From the NCBI GenBank assembly GCA_001723845.1, contig MCBE01000217.1, positions 1 through 60,809 on the forward strand: DNA of 60,809 nt. The letters are read 5' to 3'. Positions 1 through 11,335 of the stretch are shown here, piece by piece. How positions within the stretch are numbered: the first letter of the stretch is position 1; each line of letters opens with the position of its first letter. Made by a program: the position numbers and the translations under genes. The notes under the pieces were generated by a model. That model was not told the origin of the DNA. It made no database searches and saw nothing but the letters and a program-made list of their open reading frames with translations. This stretch comes from Candidatus Altiarchaeales archaeon WOR_SM1_SCG (GTDB lineage Archaea > Altiarchaeota > Altiarchaeia > IMC4 > WOR-SM1-SCG).

Positions 1-602
1 GTAGAGGTAAAAAAATGATAGATGATGCGTTAGAGATTCCTGCCAGCGACTGGAAAGAAGTGAAACTTGATATACCAAAGAGAAAATATCCCACACCTTC
101 AGTTTACGAACATAGATTCCAACCAAAAGGGCACGATATGGACTTGCGGGAGGTCATCATAACGGATAACGGCAGGCAGAAGCCAACATTTGTGATAACC
201 AATAACGAGGATATTGAGCTCAAAGAACTTGTCACCCATTATGCCCGGCGATGGAGAATTGAAAACAAAATTGCAGAGTTAGTAAAGTTTTTCAATCTCA
301 ACGCATTAAGTTCTCCGCTTATGATTCGCATACAGTTTGATGTAGTGATGACGATGGTGGCAGACACGCTATACAAGATGTTGGCAAGTGATCTGAAAAG
401 ATTTGAGAACAACACAGCTAAAACACTATTTTCAAAATTTATAAACAGCCCAGGAGTTGTGGAAGTGGAAGGCAACAAAGCAGTCGTAAAAATGAGAAAA
501 AAGGCACATACGCCAGTATTGAAATCGAACGAAGTCTTTAAGAAATCCTGGGAGATACCATGGTTTGGGAATAAAAAGTTGGGTTACAAGTGGGTGTCTT
601 GA
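1..602 (+). mobile_element. DDE transposase, C-terminal part (5'-partial; frame open to window edge)
   Basis: FVITN...YARRWRIENKIAEL motif typical of IS4-superfamily-like DDE transposases; element probably ends near 650. Confidence 0.8.
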
Positions 603-690
603 GGTAGGTGAAATTAAGGGATTTAAACGGGCTGTGAAACTCCCTGTTAAAGCAACAATTAGTTAACACTTCAAAAAAAGGATAGTAAAA

Positions 691-2085
691 ATGTTTTGCT
701 CAAAATTCGGCGGCGACTGCCCGCACACTGTAATCCCGGACGATAAATATGTATTCGTAATGATGCCTTTCAAGAATTTTGATTCTGTCTATGATGCGAT
801 AAAAATCGCGGTGGAAGGCATTGAAAACAAGGAATTCGTTTGCGAGCGGGCTGATGAAAGATACACAAGCCGTTCAATCTGGTGCAAACAGATTTGTAAA
901 AATATAAGAAAATCAAAATATCTTATTGTTGACACTACCGGCAGAAATCCTAATGTATTTTATGAACTTGGGTTTGCCCATGCCATGGGCGATAATACAA
1001 AGGCGATTATAATCACGCAGAATATAGAAGAAGCCCCATTTGATGTTAGAGACCTCGGGCATATCATCTATTCGGAGAAAAAACTCCCGAAACTGCGGGA
1101 GGATTTGAAAAATGCAATACTTGACCTTGAAAAAGAAGAGGAAGAAGAGAGTTATGAAAATAAGTCTCCTGAGGAACTCATCAATGAATTAAAATCACAA
1201 TTAAGAGCAGAAGAGGAAAGAGCATCTAAATTCAAAAAAGATCTGGTGGAAACAGAGAAAAGAGAAAGGAAACTTAAAGAGAGTATCAGGGAGATAGAAG
1301 CGATACGGGATAATCCTGTTGAAGAGGCGAAGGATAAAATTGCTGAACTTAAAGGAAATGTTGCCGAATTAGAATCAAAATTAAAACTTACTGAGAGAGA
1401 CAAGAAAGATAAGATTGAGCAATTAGAGAAACAGTTGAAGGAAAAAGGGGAAAAATTAAAAATTCTTGAGGAAAAATTTGAAAGTTATAAAGAAAGTAGA
1501 GAGATTAAACCTTTATCGGACTCGTTACTGGATGATTCCAGAAGGCGGGCTGAAGCAGAAAAATGGTTTAATAGAGCAGAGGATGAATATGAAAAGGAGA
1601 ATTATGAAAAGGCAATAAAATATCATACTAATGCGATAGAGTTAGATCCTGGATTTGCTCCAGCTTATCACAATAGAGGGCATTGTTACAGCCTGCTAAA
1701 GAATTATGAAAAGGCAATAATAGAACATACTAAAGCAATAAGGTTAAATCCTGAATATGCGGATAATTATAACAACCTTTCAGAGGTAAATATTATGGCA
1801 GGCAATTATAAAAGTACCTTAAAAACTATTGCAAAGGCATCATCTTTATCTTATGAAACAGATGATAAAGCAATATGCCTTTATCTTGAATGCATAGCAA
1901 AAAAGATGCTTGACATGGATACCTCTGGCTGCGAGAAAGAATTTAACGAAATCATTAAAAAGGACTTTACAACTATATGGTCATTTGACGAGATAGAATC
2001 CTGGCTCAAAGACGCCGACATCCCCGCCGACAAAAAATCCTTTATCATTGAGAAAACAGAGCAGTTGAAAAAACACAAAGGATAA
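691..2085 (+). CDS. TIR/nucleoside-deoxyribosyltransferase-like domain + coiled coil + TPR protein
   Basis: VFVMMPF..RAD..IVDTTGRNPNVFYELGFAHA; E/K-rich coiled coil; TPR repeats (AYHNRG..YEKAI..AIRLNP). Confidence 0.75.
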   Translation: MFCSKFGGDCPHTVIPDDKYVFVMMPFKNFDSVYDAIKIAVEGIENKEFVCERADERYTSRSIWCKQICKNIRKSKYLIVDTTGRNPNVFYELGFAHAMGDNTKAIIITQNIEEAPFDVRDLGHIIYSEKKLPKLREDLKNAILDLEKEEEEESYENKSPEELINELKSQLRAEEERASKFKKDLVETEKRERKLKESIREIEAIRDNPVEEAKDKIAELKGNVAELESKLKLTERDKKDKIEQLEKQLKEKGEKLKILEEKFESYKESREIKPLSDSLLDDSRRRAEAEKWFNRAEDEYEKENYEKAIKYHTNAIELDPGFAPAYHNRGHCYSLLKNYEKAIIEHTKAIRLNPEYADNYNNLSEVNIMAGNYKSTLKTIAKASSLSYETDDKAICLYLECIAKKMLDMDTSGCEKEFNEIIKKDFTTIWSFDEIESWLKDADIPADKKSFIIEKTEQLKKHKG

Positions 2086-2103
2086 TTTTATCAAAATTCC
2101 TAA

Positions 2104-2145
2104 GTGGGCTAAAAAGCCCGCTCATTCTCGTCGGGAATTTCCGAC
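2104..2145. repeat. Double-hairpin motif, copy 1 (variant)
   Basis: GTGGGCT-aaaa-AGCCCGC then TCGTCGGGAATTTCCGAC; same layout as 11179-11229 and 26048-26095. Confidence 0.5.
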
Positions 2146-2186
2146 ATTTGAATTTGAATTTAATCAATAAAATAAAAAGAAATAAA

Positions 2187-2774
2187 ATGCCGGTAACACA
2201 CATAAACCGCAGTGGCGATACCTATTATCTTCACGAGGGAAAAACAAAAAAAGGAAATCCTAAATATTATCTTTCAAAGAAAAAAGACGGCGTTATATTG
2301 AACTCTATCCCAGAGGGTTACGAAATCTATGAAAACCCGAATGCTCAGGTCTTTTTAAGAAGGATTCCCCCCAAGATCATAACAGACGGGGAAATATCAA
2401 TAGTTGAAAAAGGCGTTAAAAAATACTCCGTGCTAAAGGAATTTAAGATTGATGTTAGGAAAAATAGTATTGTAATATTTACCCCGGATCAGGATCCGGA
2501 TGATTTAAAAGAGATACTTTCAGATTTTGCAGGATATATTAATCCCGATACTGATTCAAAATTAAGTCAATTTTTGAAAAGGAATCAGACTTACTCGCCT
2601 ATGATGCGTTTTGTGCTTACCGATAAAAAAACAAGGGAATTTAATGTTGAAAGATACTGCTTTCTTGGCTCAATAGATGATTGGATGGTCATTGACACTT
2701 CCTGCGACCTTGCAAAACTTGTAAAAAAATACACCCTGCATCTTGGTAAAGATTCGTTTTTTGAATTATTTTGA
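2187..2774 (+). CDS. Hypothetical protein
   Basis: Open frame; ATG at 2187 preferred over TTG at 2148. Confidence 0.7.
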   Translation: MPVTHINRSGDTYYLHEGKTKKGNPKYYLSKKKDGVILNSIPEGYEIYENPNAQVFLRRIPPKIITDGEISIVEKGVKKYSVLKEFKIDVRKNSIVIFTPDQDPDDLKEILSDFAGYINPDTDSKLSQFLKRNQTYSPMMRFVLTDKKTREFNVERYCFLGSIDDWMVIDTSCDLAKLVKKYTLHLGKDSFFELF

Positions 2775-2837
2775 ATTATTGGGAAAATACGATCTTTTTT
2801 AAAATTTCCTTCATTTGATACTTATATTCCTTAAAAA

Positions 2838-3884
2838 TTATATCTTATGATATTTTGAAAATTGAATTTTCAATTTATTTACAAGTTCAACTGTTTCCTT
2901 TTTCGGCTTTCCCGTAACCTCTGCACACGGAAGCCCTATCAACGAATTGAGAATTTCAAGATTTGATTTTGCTAAAGATCCGGGCTCAAACCCGCCTTCA
3001 AGTTCAACAACAATTTTTCCTTTGCATAGTTTTTCCGCTGCACCTTTCATCAGTTTCGTCATTGCACCATAGCCCGCTTCTGTGAGGCACAAACCCGACA
3101 TCATATCGTCTTTATGCGAGTCCTGCCCTGCTGAAATAACGATAAGCTCGGGCTTAAAACTTTCTGCAACAGGTATAACAAAATTTTTCAAAATATAAAC
3201 ATAATCGGCATCAGATGTGCATTTTGAAACAGGAATGTTTATCGTATAACCTTCGCCTTCACCGGCTCCCGCCTGCCTCATAAATCCTGTTCCCGGAAAC
3301 GATTCATCCGGGTCCTCGTGTATTGAAATATTTAAAAGCCAGTTGTCGTTGTAAAATATTTCCATGGTGCCGTTTGCAGCGCGGGCGCCCCAGTTAAGAA
3401 TCAGAATTTTCTTTAAATTATATTTTTCCTTTAAGTACGCTGCCATAACAGAAACATTATTGAAATAACAAAAACCCATCCCCGTGTCTTTTGTCGCGTG
3501 ACTCCCCGGAGGTCTTATCAATGCAAAAGAATTCTTATATTTCCCGGAAACCACATATTCGCCCGCGAGCATTACACCTCCTGCCGCAAGTTTTGCAATT
3601 TCATAAGTCATTGTTTTTACTTCCGTATCCGCATCTATTGCACCTCCGCCGAAAAAAGAGAGGTCTTTTAAATAATCAACATATTTTTTTGAATGCACCC
3701 TTAATAAATCATCTTCGGTTGCTGGCTCTGGCGTTCGTATTTCTGCGCTTTTCAAAATATTTTTATCTATAAATAATTTCAAGGTCTTTACGATGCGGCT
3801 CATACGCTCCGGGCAACCGCTTGACGGGAAATGCTTCAGGTAATCCTTGTGATAAATTATCGCGGTACTTTTTTTATTTTTCAT
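2838..3884 (-). CDS. Histone deacetylase-family protein with degenerate active site
   Basis: RPPGSHA, GFCYFNN, SAGQD, LEGGF motifs of HDAC/AcuC family; Zn ligands altered. Confidence 0.85.
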   Translation of the reverse strand: MKNKKSTAIIYHKDYLKHFPSSGCPERMSRIVKTLKLFIDKNILKSAEIRTPEPATEDDLLRVHSKKYVDYLKDLSFFGGGAIDADTEVKTMTYEIAKLAAGGVMLAGEYVVSGKYKNSFALIRPPGSHATKDTGMGFCYFNNVSVMAAYLKEKYNLKKILILNWGARAANGTMEIFYNDNWLLNISIHEDPDESFPGTGFMRQAGAGEGEGYTINIPVSKCTSDADYVYILKNFVIPVAESFKPELIVISAGQDSHKDDMMSGLCLTEAGYGAMTKLMKGAAEKLCKGKIVVELEGGFEPGSLAKSNLEILNSLIGLPCAEVTGKPKKETVELVNKLKIQFSKYHKI

Positions 3885-4015
3885 TTTTCAATTATTATTT
3901 ATATTTATATATTTATATTTATCTTTTTAATTATTTTTTTTATTTATCTAATATCAATATATAAAACAAAAAATGTCAATTAAAAATTAAATTTAAAATT
4001 TTAGATAAAATAAAA

Positions 4016-4270
4016 ATGACAAGAAAATACATAATTGCAAGGCAGTTGGGTGGTAAAGCCGTTATAACCGCAAGCGGCGAGAAAATCGGACGATTGGACG
4101 ATGTTGTAGTGAACGAAGTTACAGGCGGTCTTGTTTCTATTCTTGTAGAGCCGGAGCCGAGCGCAAAGGCAAATATGCCCTACCCGAAGGATGAAAGAGG
4201 ATACTGCCAGATACCTTATGACCGGGTAAACGCAGTCGGTGAGATGGTTGTAATAAGGGATATTGATTAA
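4016..4270 (+). CDS. PRC-barrel domain protein
   Basis: GKAVITASGEKIGRLDDVVVNEVTG...IPYDRVNAVGE. Confidence 0.85.
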   Translation: MTRKYIIARQLGGKAVITASGEKIGRLDDVVVNEVTGGLVSILVEPEPSAKANMPYPKDERGYCQIPYDRVNAVGEMVVIRDID

Positions 4271-4344
4271 ATTTTAAAAAAATTTACAAAAAGAAAAAAT
4301 TTATAAAAAATTTCCCTGCTTCAATTTTAAAAAAATTACAAAAA

Positions 4345-5175
4345 ATGAGTTTAATGAACACTGCAAAAACAGGAATGCTTATGGCACTGCTCGGGGCAAT
4401 ACTCGTGGGAATGGGTTTTATGCTCGGAAGCGGCGACCCTTCGTTTGCATTTATTTTTTTGATAATTGCAATTATTTTGAATGTCGGTATTTATTTCTTC
4501 AGCGATAAACTTGTTATTGCATCAACCGGCGCGAAAAAAGCAGACCCGGTAATATATGCGAAACTCCATGCGATGGTTGAGCGTATTTCAAAAAAAGCAG
4601 GAATTCCAAAGCCGGGAGTTTATGTTATAAACAGGCGCGACCCGAACGCATTTGCAACAGGAAGAGGTCCGGGACATGCTGTTGTTGCAGTTCACACGGG
4701 ACTTCTTGAAATCTTAAACGACAACGAGGTTGAAGGAGTTCTTGCCCATGAAATCGCGCATGTTAAAAACAGGGACATACTAATAAGCACGATTGCAGCG
4801 GTATTTGCAACCGCCATATCCTATCTTGCATGGATGTTTCTTTTCTTTGATTCCGGAAGAAGAAGCTGGGTCGGGATTGTAGGAAGCATTCTTGTAATGA
4901 TTCTTGCACCGGTTGCAGCAATGCTAATACAGATGGCGATTTCAAGAACCCGCGAATACGGGGCTGATGCAGGGGGGGCAAAATACTCAAATCCGTTGTA
5001 TCTTGCAAGCGCTCTTGAAAAAATCAGCGGCAACTACCAGGTTCACCCGCAAAGAGAAGGCAATAAGTCAATGGCTCACATGTACATTTCAAACCCCTTT
5101 GGCGGGGACAATATTAAAAGTTTATTCAGTACGCATCCCCCGATGAAAGAGAGAGTTAAGAGGTTGAGAGGTTAA
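4345..5175 (+). CDS. htpX: Zinc metalloprotease HtpX (M48)
   Basis: PNAFATG, VLAHEIAH, SRTREYGAD, FSTHPP. Confidence 0.95.
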   Translation: MSLMNTAKTGMLMALLGAILVGMGFMLGSGDPSFAFIFLIIAIILNVGIYFFSDKLVIASTGAKKADPVIYAKLHAMVERISKKAGIPKPGVYVINRRDPNAFATGRGPGHAVVAVHTGLLEILNDNEVEGVLAHEIAHVKNRDILISTIAAVFATAISYLAWMFLFFDSGRRSWVGIVGSILVMILAPVAAMLIQMAISRTREYGADAGGAKYSNPLYLASALEKISGNYQVHPQREGNKSMAHMYISNPFGGDNIKSLFSTHPPMKERVKRLRG

Positions 5176-5258
5176 TGATTTTAATATTTATTTTAATTTT
5201 AAAGGGGTATAAATAATTTTGCAGAGTCCCGGAATTATTTCATTTTTTAGTTATTTTT

Positions 5259-5831
5259 CTATTTTGTTAATTTTTTCTTAAATTCCGGCTCGTAATTTGC
5301 ATTGTCTAAAAACTTCCCGATATACAGCAAATTTTCATTTGCCTTTAGCATCTGCTCTGCAATTGTTATATATTTTTGAAAAACAGGAATGTTTGTTTTT
5401 ATTGCTTCCGTTTCTTCAAATAAAAGCATACCCCCTGGATTCAACTGGTTGCCCCATTTTTTTATACACCCGACCGGATTTTTAAGATGCGTTAAAAGAA
5501 ACCTTGCGTAAATCACATCCCCGTTTTTGCAGGGGAATGGAATTTTTGTCACATCATGTAACCTGTATTTGATCTGCCTGTAATTTTTACTTAATTTTCT
5601 TGCCTCTTCAATGAAATAATTTGAATTATCCAGCCCGACGCATTCAGCAGGGCAGAGCCGGGATGTTAAGTCCCTTGTCGTATGCCCTGTCCCGCAGCCG
5701 AGGTCAATGCAAACATTAACTTTTCGTTTTGCAAAATTCCTGACAAAAAACCCGGATGATTTTGAAAAGACATCATTCAATTTGCAAAGCCGCTCTGCTG
5801 CCTTCTTTCCCCCGGCAAATAAATAATTCAT
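5259..5831 (-). CDS. Class I SAM-dependent methyltransferase (possibly C-terminally truncated)
   Basis: IDLGCGTG, GLDNS, DVIYARFLLTHL. Confidence 0.8.
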   Translation of the reverse strand: MNYLFAGGKKAAERLCKLNDVFSKSSGFFVRNFAKRKVNVCIDLGCGTGHTTRDLTSRLCPAECVGLDNSNYFIEEARKLSKNYRQIKYRLHDVTKIPFPCKNGDVIYARFLLTHLKNPVGCIKKWGNQLNPGGMLLFEETEAIKTNIPVFQKYITIAEQMLKANENLLYIGKFLDNANYEPEFKKKLTK

Positions 5832-5846
5832 GTTAAATTAAAAAAT

Positions 5847-5936
5847 CTATTTCTTCCTGTGCCTCATCTTTTTTCTTCTTTTCTTGAGTTTATGGTTTCG
5901 CATCTTCTGTAGTTTTTTTTTCTTTCCGCAAGGCAT
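5847..5936 (-). CDS. 29-aa basic protein, bS22/mS38 (AURKAIP1/COX24)-like small ribosomal protein
   Basis: MPCGKKKKLQKMRNHKLKKRRKKMRHRKK*; too short for the ORF track; translated by hand. Confidence 0.65.
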   Translation of the reverse strand: MPCGKKKKLQKMRNHKLKKRRKKMRHRKK

Positions 5937-6098
5937 TTTTTAGTTATGGGTAAAAAATTTAAAAATTTTACAATGTTATAAATTAAATTCAGATTATAAA
6001 ATTAACCTCTTTATAAATGCACTTTAAAATGCACATCAACAGGAAATTTTTTGGGAGAGCGGGAAATAAATTAATAGAAAATTAATAACTATTATAAA

Positions 6099-6698
6099 AT
6101 GGAGAACATAAAATTTTACGAGATAAAAAAAGAAATAAGGATTCTTGGAATTGATGACGCTTCGTTCAACTTATACGAAGATAAAAAAACAATTTTAATC
6201 GGTGCGATTTTCAGGGGCGGTGAGTGGCTTGACGGCGTTTTAAAAACGGAAGTCACAATTGACGGAAATGATGCAACGGAAAAGATAGCCGGGATGGTTA
6301 AAAACACGAGGCATAAAGACCTGAGGGTTATAATGCTTGACGGCATCACATTCGGGGGCTTTAATGTCGCGAATATTAAAAAAATTTACGAGGAGACGGG
6401 GCTTGGAGTTATCGTTGTCGTAAGAAAGCTTCCCGATTTTGAGGAGATAGAAAAGGTGATTAAGAGATATGATTATTACGAGGAGCGAAAAGAAGGAATA
6501 AGGGCTGCGGGAATTCCAAGAAAGGTTGAGACAAGACCCGGAAATTTTATTTATATCCAGTGCAAGGGCATTAAATTTGAGGACGCAGAATATATTGTAA
6601 AATTATCTTCAACGAGAAGTTTGATTCCGGAACCGATACGGGTTGCGCATTTGATTGCATCGGGGGTTGCTCTGGGGGAGTCACGGGGTGGGGCGTGA
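6099..6698 (+). CDS. DUF99/UPF0215 endonuclease V-like protein
   Basis: RILGIDD, IDGNDAT, MLDGITFGGFN, PEPIRVAHLIA. Confidence 0.9.
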   Translation: MENIKFYEIKKEIRILGIDDASFNLYEDKKTILIGAIFRGGEWLDGVLKTEVTIDGNDATEKIAGMVKNTRHKDLRVIMLDGITFGGFNVANIKKIYEETGLGVIVVVRKLPDFEEIEKVIKRYDYYEERKEGIRAAGIPRKVETRPGNFIYIQCKGIKFEDAEYIVKLSSTRSLIPEPIRVAHLIASGVALGESRGGA

Positions 6699-6925
6699 AT
6701 TGAAATTAAATTCTTTATTTAGTGACATTTATACATCCATCAACAAAGCGAATTGTGTTATTATATTTGATAACTGTTAGGGTATACCAAAATTAGGGAC
6801 AGGTATATGAAAAACCCGGGTTATCAATTTAGAAACCAACAAAATAACCCGGGATTCAGTTAAAGCAATGTTTGGTGAATTACAATAAATTTAATAAAAT
6901 TTAATATATAACATATAAAAAAACA

Positions 6926-8062
6926 ATGGACTACAACAACCCAATTTCCGGAAAATTAATTTTTGATGCACTGAAAGACAAAAACGTTATTGTAATGGCA
7001 GCGAACATCCGAATCCAGCACGGCTTTCGCGGCGTTATGGAAGCTGCAAAAGAGCTGGATGCGGCACTATTATTTGAAATCGCTAAATCGGAGGTAGGTT
7101 ACACCGACCAGCAGCCTGAGGAGTTTGCCCGCGTCTGCAGGGAAGTCGCGCATGAAATTGATTTTAACACGCCTTACTGTATTCACGGCGACCATACGAC
7201 CGTTTCTGAAAACACACCTGAGGCGATAGCATCAGCAGAAGACCTTCTCAGAAAAGAAGTTGAAGCAGGATTCACATCCTTTGCGATTGATGCATCCCAT
7301 AACTTTAACCTTGACGCGGAAACGACAAGAGAGCAGCTTGCAGACAACATTGAAATAACCGTTAGGCTTGCTAAATTAATAGAAAAATTAATGGCTGGGA
7401 AGGGCAAAACAAGAAAGGATTACGGGCTTGAAGTTGAAGTCGGGGAAATAGGAAGAATTGACCCGGAAACAGGAAAGCAGGAATTAACAACGGTTGATGA
7501 AGCGGTAACGTTTATAAAAGCACTGCATGAGGAAGGTATTTATCCGGATCTTCTTGCTACAAACAACGGGACAATCCACGGTAACGTTTACGACGCAGAA
7601 GGAAATGTAATCCCTCTTCTCGGGATTGATGATGCGCGCACAAGAGATGTTGCAAACGCAATAGCTCCTCTTGGCGTGAAAATAGCGCAGCACGGGATTA
7701 CCGGAACGCCTCTTGAACTTATGCACCGATTAATTGACGCGGGAATCGTTAAAGGAAACGTGGGAACAAACTGGCAGAACATCGCTCTTGAAAACATGCC
7801 CGCTGACCTTGTAAAGAAAATGGAGGACTGGACGATGGAAAAATACGCAGCAGCAGTTAAAGCAAAAACACCTGAAATGTCTGATAAGGAAATCATCGGG
7901 AAAAACATAAAGAACGCCATAAAGCCTTTCAAGCAGGAAATAGCAAACATTGATGAAGAACACAAGCAAAAGGTTTATGCGGCAAGCAAGAAATCAGCCC
8001 TTGAATTCATTGAAGCATTCAACGGGAAAGGCAGCGGCAAGGTTGTGAAATCGTTTTGTTAG
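6926..8062 (+). CDS. fba: Class II fructose-bisphosphate aldolase family protein
   Basis: IHGDH, SFAIDAS, EVEVGEIG, GTIHG, AQHGITG, KGNVGT. Confidence 0.85.
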   Translation: MDYNNPISGKLIFDALKDKNVIVMAANIRIQHGFRGVMEAAKELDAALLFEIAKSEVGYTDQQPEEFARVCREVAHEIDFNTPYCIHGDHTTVSENTPEAIASAEDLLRKEVEAGFTSFAIDASHNFNLDAETTREQLADNIEITVRLAKLIEKLMAGKGKTRKDYGLEVEVGEIGRIDPETGKQELTTVDEAVTFIKALHEEGIYPDLLATNNGTIHGNVYDAEGNVIPLLGIDDARTRDVANAIAPLGVKIAQHGITGTPLELMHRLIDAGIVKGNVGTNWQNIALENMPADLVKKMEDWTMEKYAAAVKAKTPEMSDKEIIGKNIKNAIKPFKQEIANIDEEHKQKVYAASKKSALEFIEAFNGKGSGKVVKSFC

Positions 8063-8286
8063 GCATTAGCCGATAATCGTGTTTTAAAGTTTAACGAGAA
8101 ACTTGCACCGGGTGGTTTGACATTTAGATGGCGGTATATAAAGTCCGGGGTTGCCGTTGAATTTTCTAATTCTTTCGCCTATTCCGTTTATCCCATCCAT
8201 AGATATTTACGGATGTGTTAATTGATATACCCGGCGACCCCTTCGGCAGAATCTCGCTCATATCGTCGCTCGATGCTATCGCACTC

Positions 8287-8352
8287 CGGTAACAAGAGAT
8301 AAAAGACTCCATTTCATACACCCAAATTCGCTTATCAGCGAACTTCTTTTAT
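8287..8352 (+). other. Degenerate/truncated attC-like site
   Basis: TAAC-aagag-ATAAAAGA...AAAT-hairpin-ACTTC-TTTTAT; lacks the closing GTT. Confidence 0.3.
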
Positions 8353-8492
8353 TCCACTCAAGATAAAATCCCAAAACCCGATAATCAAAATTTTAATAAT
8401 ATTTTATTGAATTTTAATTTAAATCACCCATCACCCATTTTTGAGTAGAAAATCATTTTTGGGTATTTATTTATTTATATTTAATAATTAAG

Positions 8493-9646
<1,154 letters not shown>

Positions 9647-9720
9647 AAGTAAATTAATTTAGTTTTAATTATTAATAATAATTTTACACTAAATCAAATA
9701 TTTAAAAAATACATTTAAAA

Positions 9721-10038
9721 ATGATAACTCAAAAGCAGATAAATGAAGTGGTTGAGGTGATTGTAAGTAAATTTAAGCCCGAAAAGATAATTCTTTTTGG
9801 TTCCTATGCTTCCGGAACACCAACAGAAGAAAGCGACCTGGATTTACTGGTAATCAAAGACAGCGATGTTCCTTCGCGTTTACAGAACAGGGAGGTTCGG
9901 AAAGTAACATCCGGCTTAAAGATTCCAATAGATGTGATTGTAAAAACCAAAAATGACTTTGAGAAATATAAGGATATTGTCGGAACAATTATATATCCTG
10001 CAAATAAATTCGGGAGGGTTGTCTATGAATCAAGATAA
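9721..10038 (+). CDS. Minimal nucleotidyltransferase (MNT antitoxin)
   Basis: ILFGSYA...SDLDLLV. Confidence 0.9.
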   Translation: MITQKQINEVVEVIVSKFKPEKIILFGSYASGTPTEESDLDLLVIKDSDVPSRLQNREVRKVTSGLKIPIDVIVKTKNDFEKYKDIVGTIIYPANKFGRVVYESR

Positions 10039-10459
10039 AATTATTAAAGATCTGGTTTGCAAATGGATCAAGAAGGCAAAAAACGATCTCTTGAGTGCGG
10101 AAAGGGAATTATCCTTTGAAGATCCAATTACAGATGTGGTGTGTTTTCACTGCCAGCAATCAGCAGAGAAGTACCTGAAAGCGTTTTTGGTGCATCACCA
10201 GGTTTATTTTCCTATGACACATAGGATACTGGAATTATTAGAACTATGCGCCACTATAGACCTTTCTTTCAGGGAAGAACTTGAGGACGCGGACATTCTC
10301 ACGGATTATGCTGTAGAACTTCGTTACCCTGACATCTGGCTTGAAACAGGCATAGAAGAGTCAAAAGAAGCCCTTGAAATAGCAAAGAAAGTGAAGGAGT
10401 TTGTGTTGAAAAAATTAGGGGTTGAAAGTGATAAAAATACTAAACAAAATCAAACATAA
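10025..10459 (+). CDS. HEPN domain protein (MNT-HEPN toxin)
   Basis: FHCQQSAEKYLKA, THRI, ELRYP; overlaps MNT. Confidence 0.9.
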   Translation: MNQDKIIKDLVCKWIKKAKNDLLSAERELSFEDPITDVVCFHCQQSAEKYLKAFLVHHQVYFPMTHRILELLELCATIDLSFREELEDADILTDYAVELRYPDIWLETGIEESKEALEIAKKVKEFVLKKLGVESDKNTKQNQT

Positions 10460-10467
10460 ACAAGAAA

Positions 10468-10665
10468 GTGAACGAAAACGAATTTGTTCCGGAAGAGGTC
10501 TCAAAGGGATATATTTTGAGAGAATTGTATGGGAAAAAATCAGATTTAGATTTAGAATTGAAAACCACAACCGAAAAGAGAGAAATTGAAAAACGGATTG
10601 AAGAAATTGAAAAAGCAATAAAAGAAGTTGAAGGATATAAAGAGCCATCCGGTATAATACGATAA
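10468..10665 (+). CDS. Small coiled-coil hypothetical protein
   Basis: 65-codon open frame, E/K-rich. Confidence 0.45.
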   Translation: MNENEFVPEEVSKGYILRELYGKKSDLDLELKTTTEKREIEKRIEEIEKAIKEVEGYKEPSGIIR

Positions 10666-10702
10666 AAAGGTTAAATTTAAAAAATAATCAAAAAAATAAA
10701 AA

Positions 10703-11125
10703 ATGAACCAGCAAAAAATAAACATAGGAATAGTTGCCGCGGAATTCAACTACGACATAACCTTTGCCATGGTTGAACTTGCAAAAGAGCATGCAAAGTT
10801 TCTTGACGTAAATATTTCAAAAATCGTTAAAGTTCCCGGCGTCTTTGACATGCCATTAGCGGTTAAAAAAATGATCTCCCGAGACGATGTTGACTGCATC
10901 GTAACCCTTGGAACAGTAATTGAAGGGCAAACCGGGCATGATGAAATTGTAATACAGCACGCATCAAGAAAAATCGCCGACCTCGGCGTGGAATATGAAA
11001 AGCCTGTTGCCCTTGGAATTGCAGGTCCCGGGATGAGCCGCCTTGAAGCACACAAAAGGGTTGAATACGCGAAGCGCGCGGTTGAAGCAGCCGTTAAGAT
11101 GGTGAAGGTTTTAAGGGAAGTTTAA
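10703..11125 (+). CDS. ribH: 6,7-dimethyl-8-ribityllumazine synthase
   Basis: IVAAEFN, VPGVFDMP, LGTVIEGQTGHD. Confidence 0.95.
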   Translation: MNQQKINIGIVAAEFNYDITFAMVELAKEHAKFLDVNISKIVKVPGVFDMPLAVKKMISRDDVDCIVTLGTVIEGQTGHDEIVIQHASRKIADLGVEYEKPVALGIAGPGMSRLEAHKRVEYAKRAVEAAVKMVKVLREV

Positions 11126-11178
11126 CCTTAAAAAACCATTGCAGAACAGGGCTACAAAATTTAATTAAAATTCAAAGT

Positions 11179-11229
11179 GTATTCCTGTAAAGGAATACGC
11201 TCCGCAATCGTCGGGGGGTGTTGCCCGAC
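11179..11229. repeat. Double-hairpin motif, copy 2
   Basis: GTATTCCT-gtaa-AGGAATAC then TCGTCGGGGGGTGTTGCCCGAC directly before the ribH duplicate. Confidence 0.7.
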
Positions 11230-11294
11230 TTGAGTATGCGAAGCGCGCGGTTGAAGCAGCCGTTAAGATGGTGAAGGTCATGCGGGAAGTTTAA
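11230..11294 (+). repeat. Displaced copy of ribH 3' end
   Basis: 65 bp matching 11061-11125 including stop; mostly synonymous differences. Confidence 0.95.
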
Positions 11295-11335
11295 TAAAAG
11301 TTTAATAAACTTTAAACGTGAATTAAAATGAACTA

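Noticed and set aside
6815-6853. CCCGGGTTAT...ATAACCCGGG inverted repeat upstream of fba
   Set aside because: Real but single-copy; cannot tell operator from remnant.
8058-8352. GTTAGGC at the fba stop plus the degenerate site as an empty cassette
   Set aside because: The downstream box (CGGTAAC) is not complementary to GTTAGGC and the closing GTT is missing.
10625-10665. End of the small ORF (EGYKEPSGII) as a displaced ribC end ([11 protein letters not shown])
   Set aside because: Only ~18 bp of partial similarity in A/G-rich sequence; could be chance.
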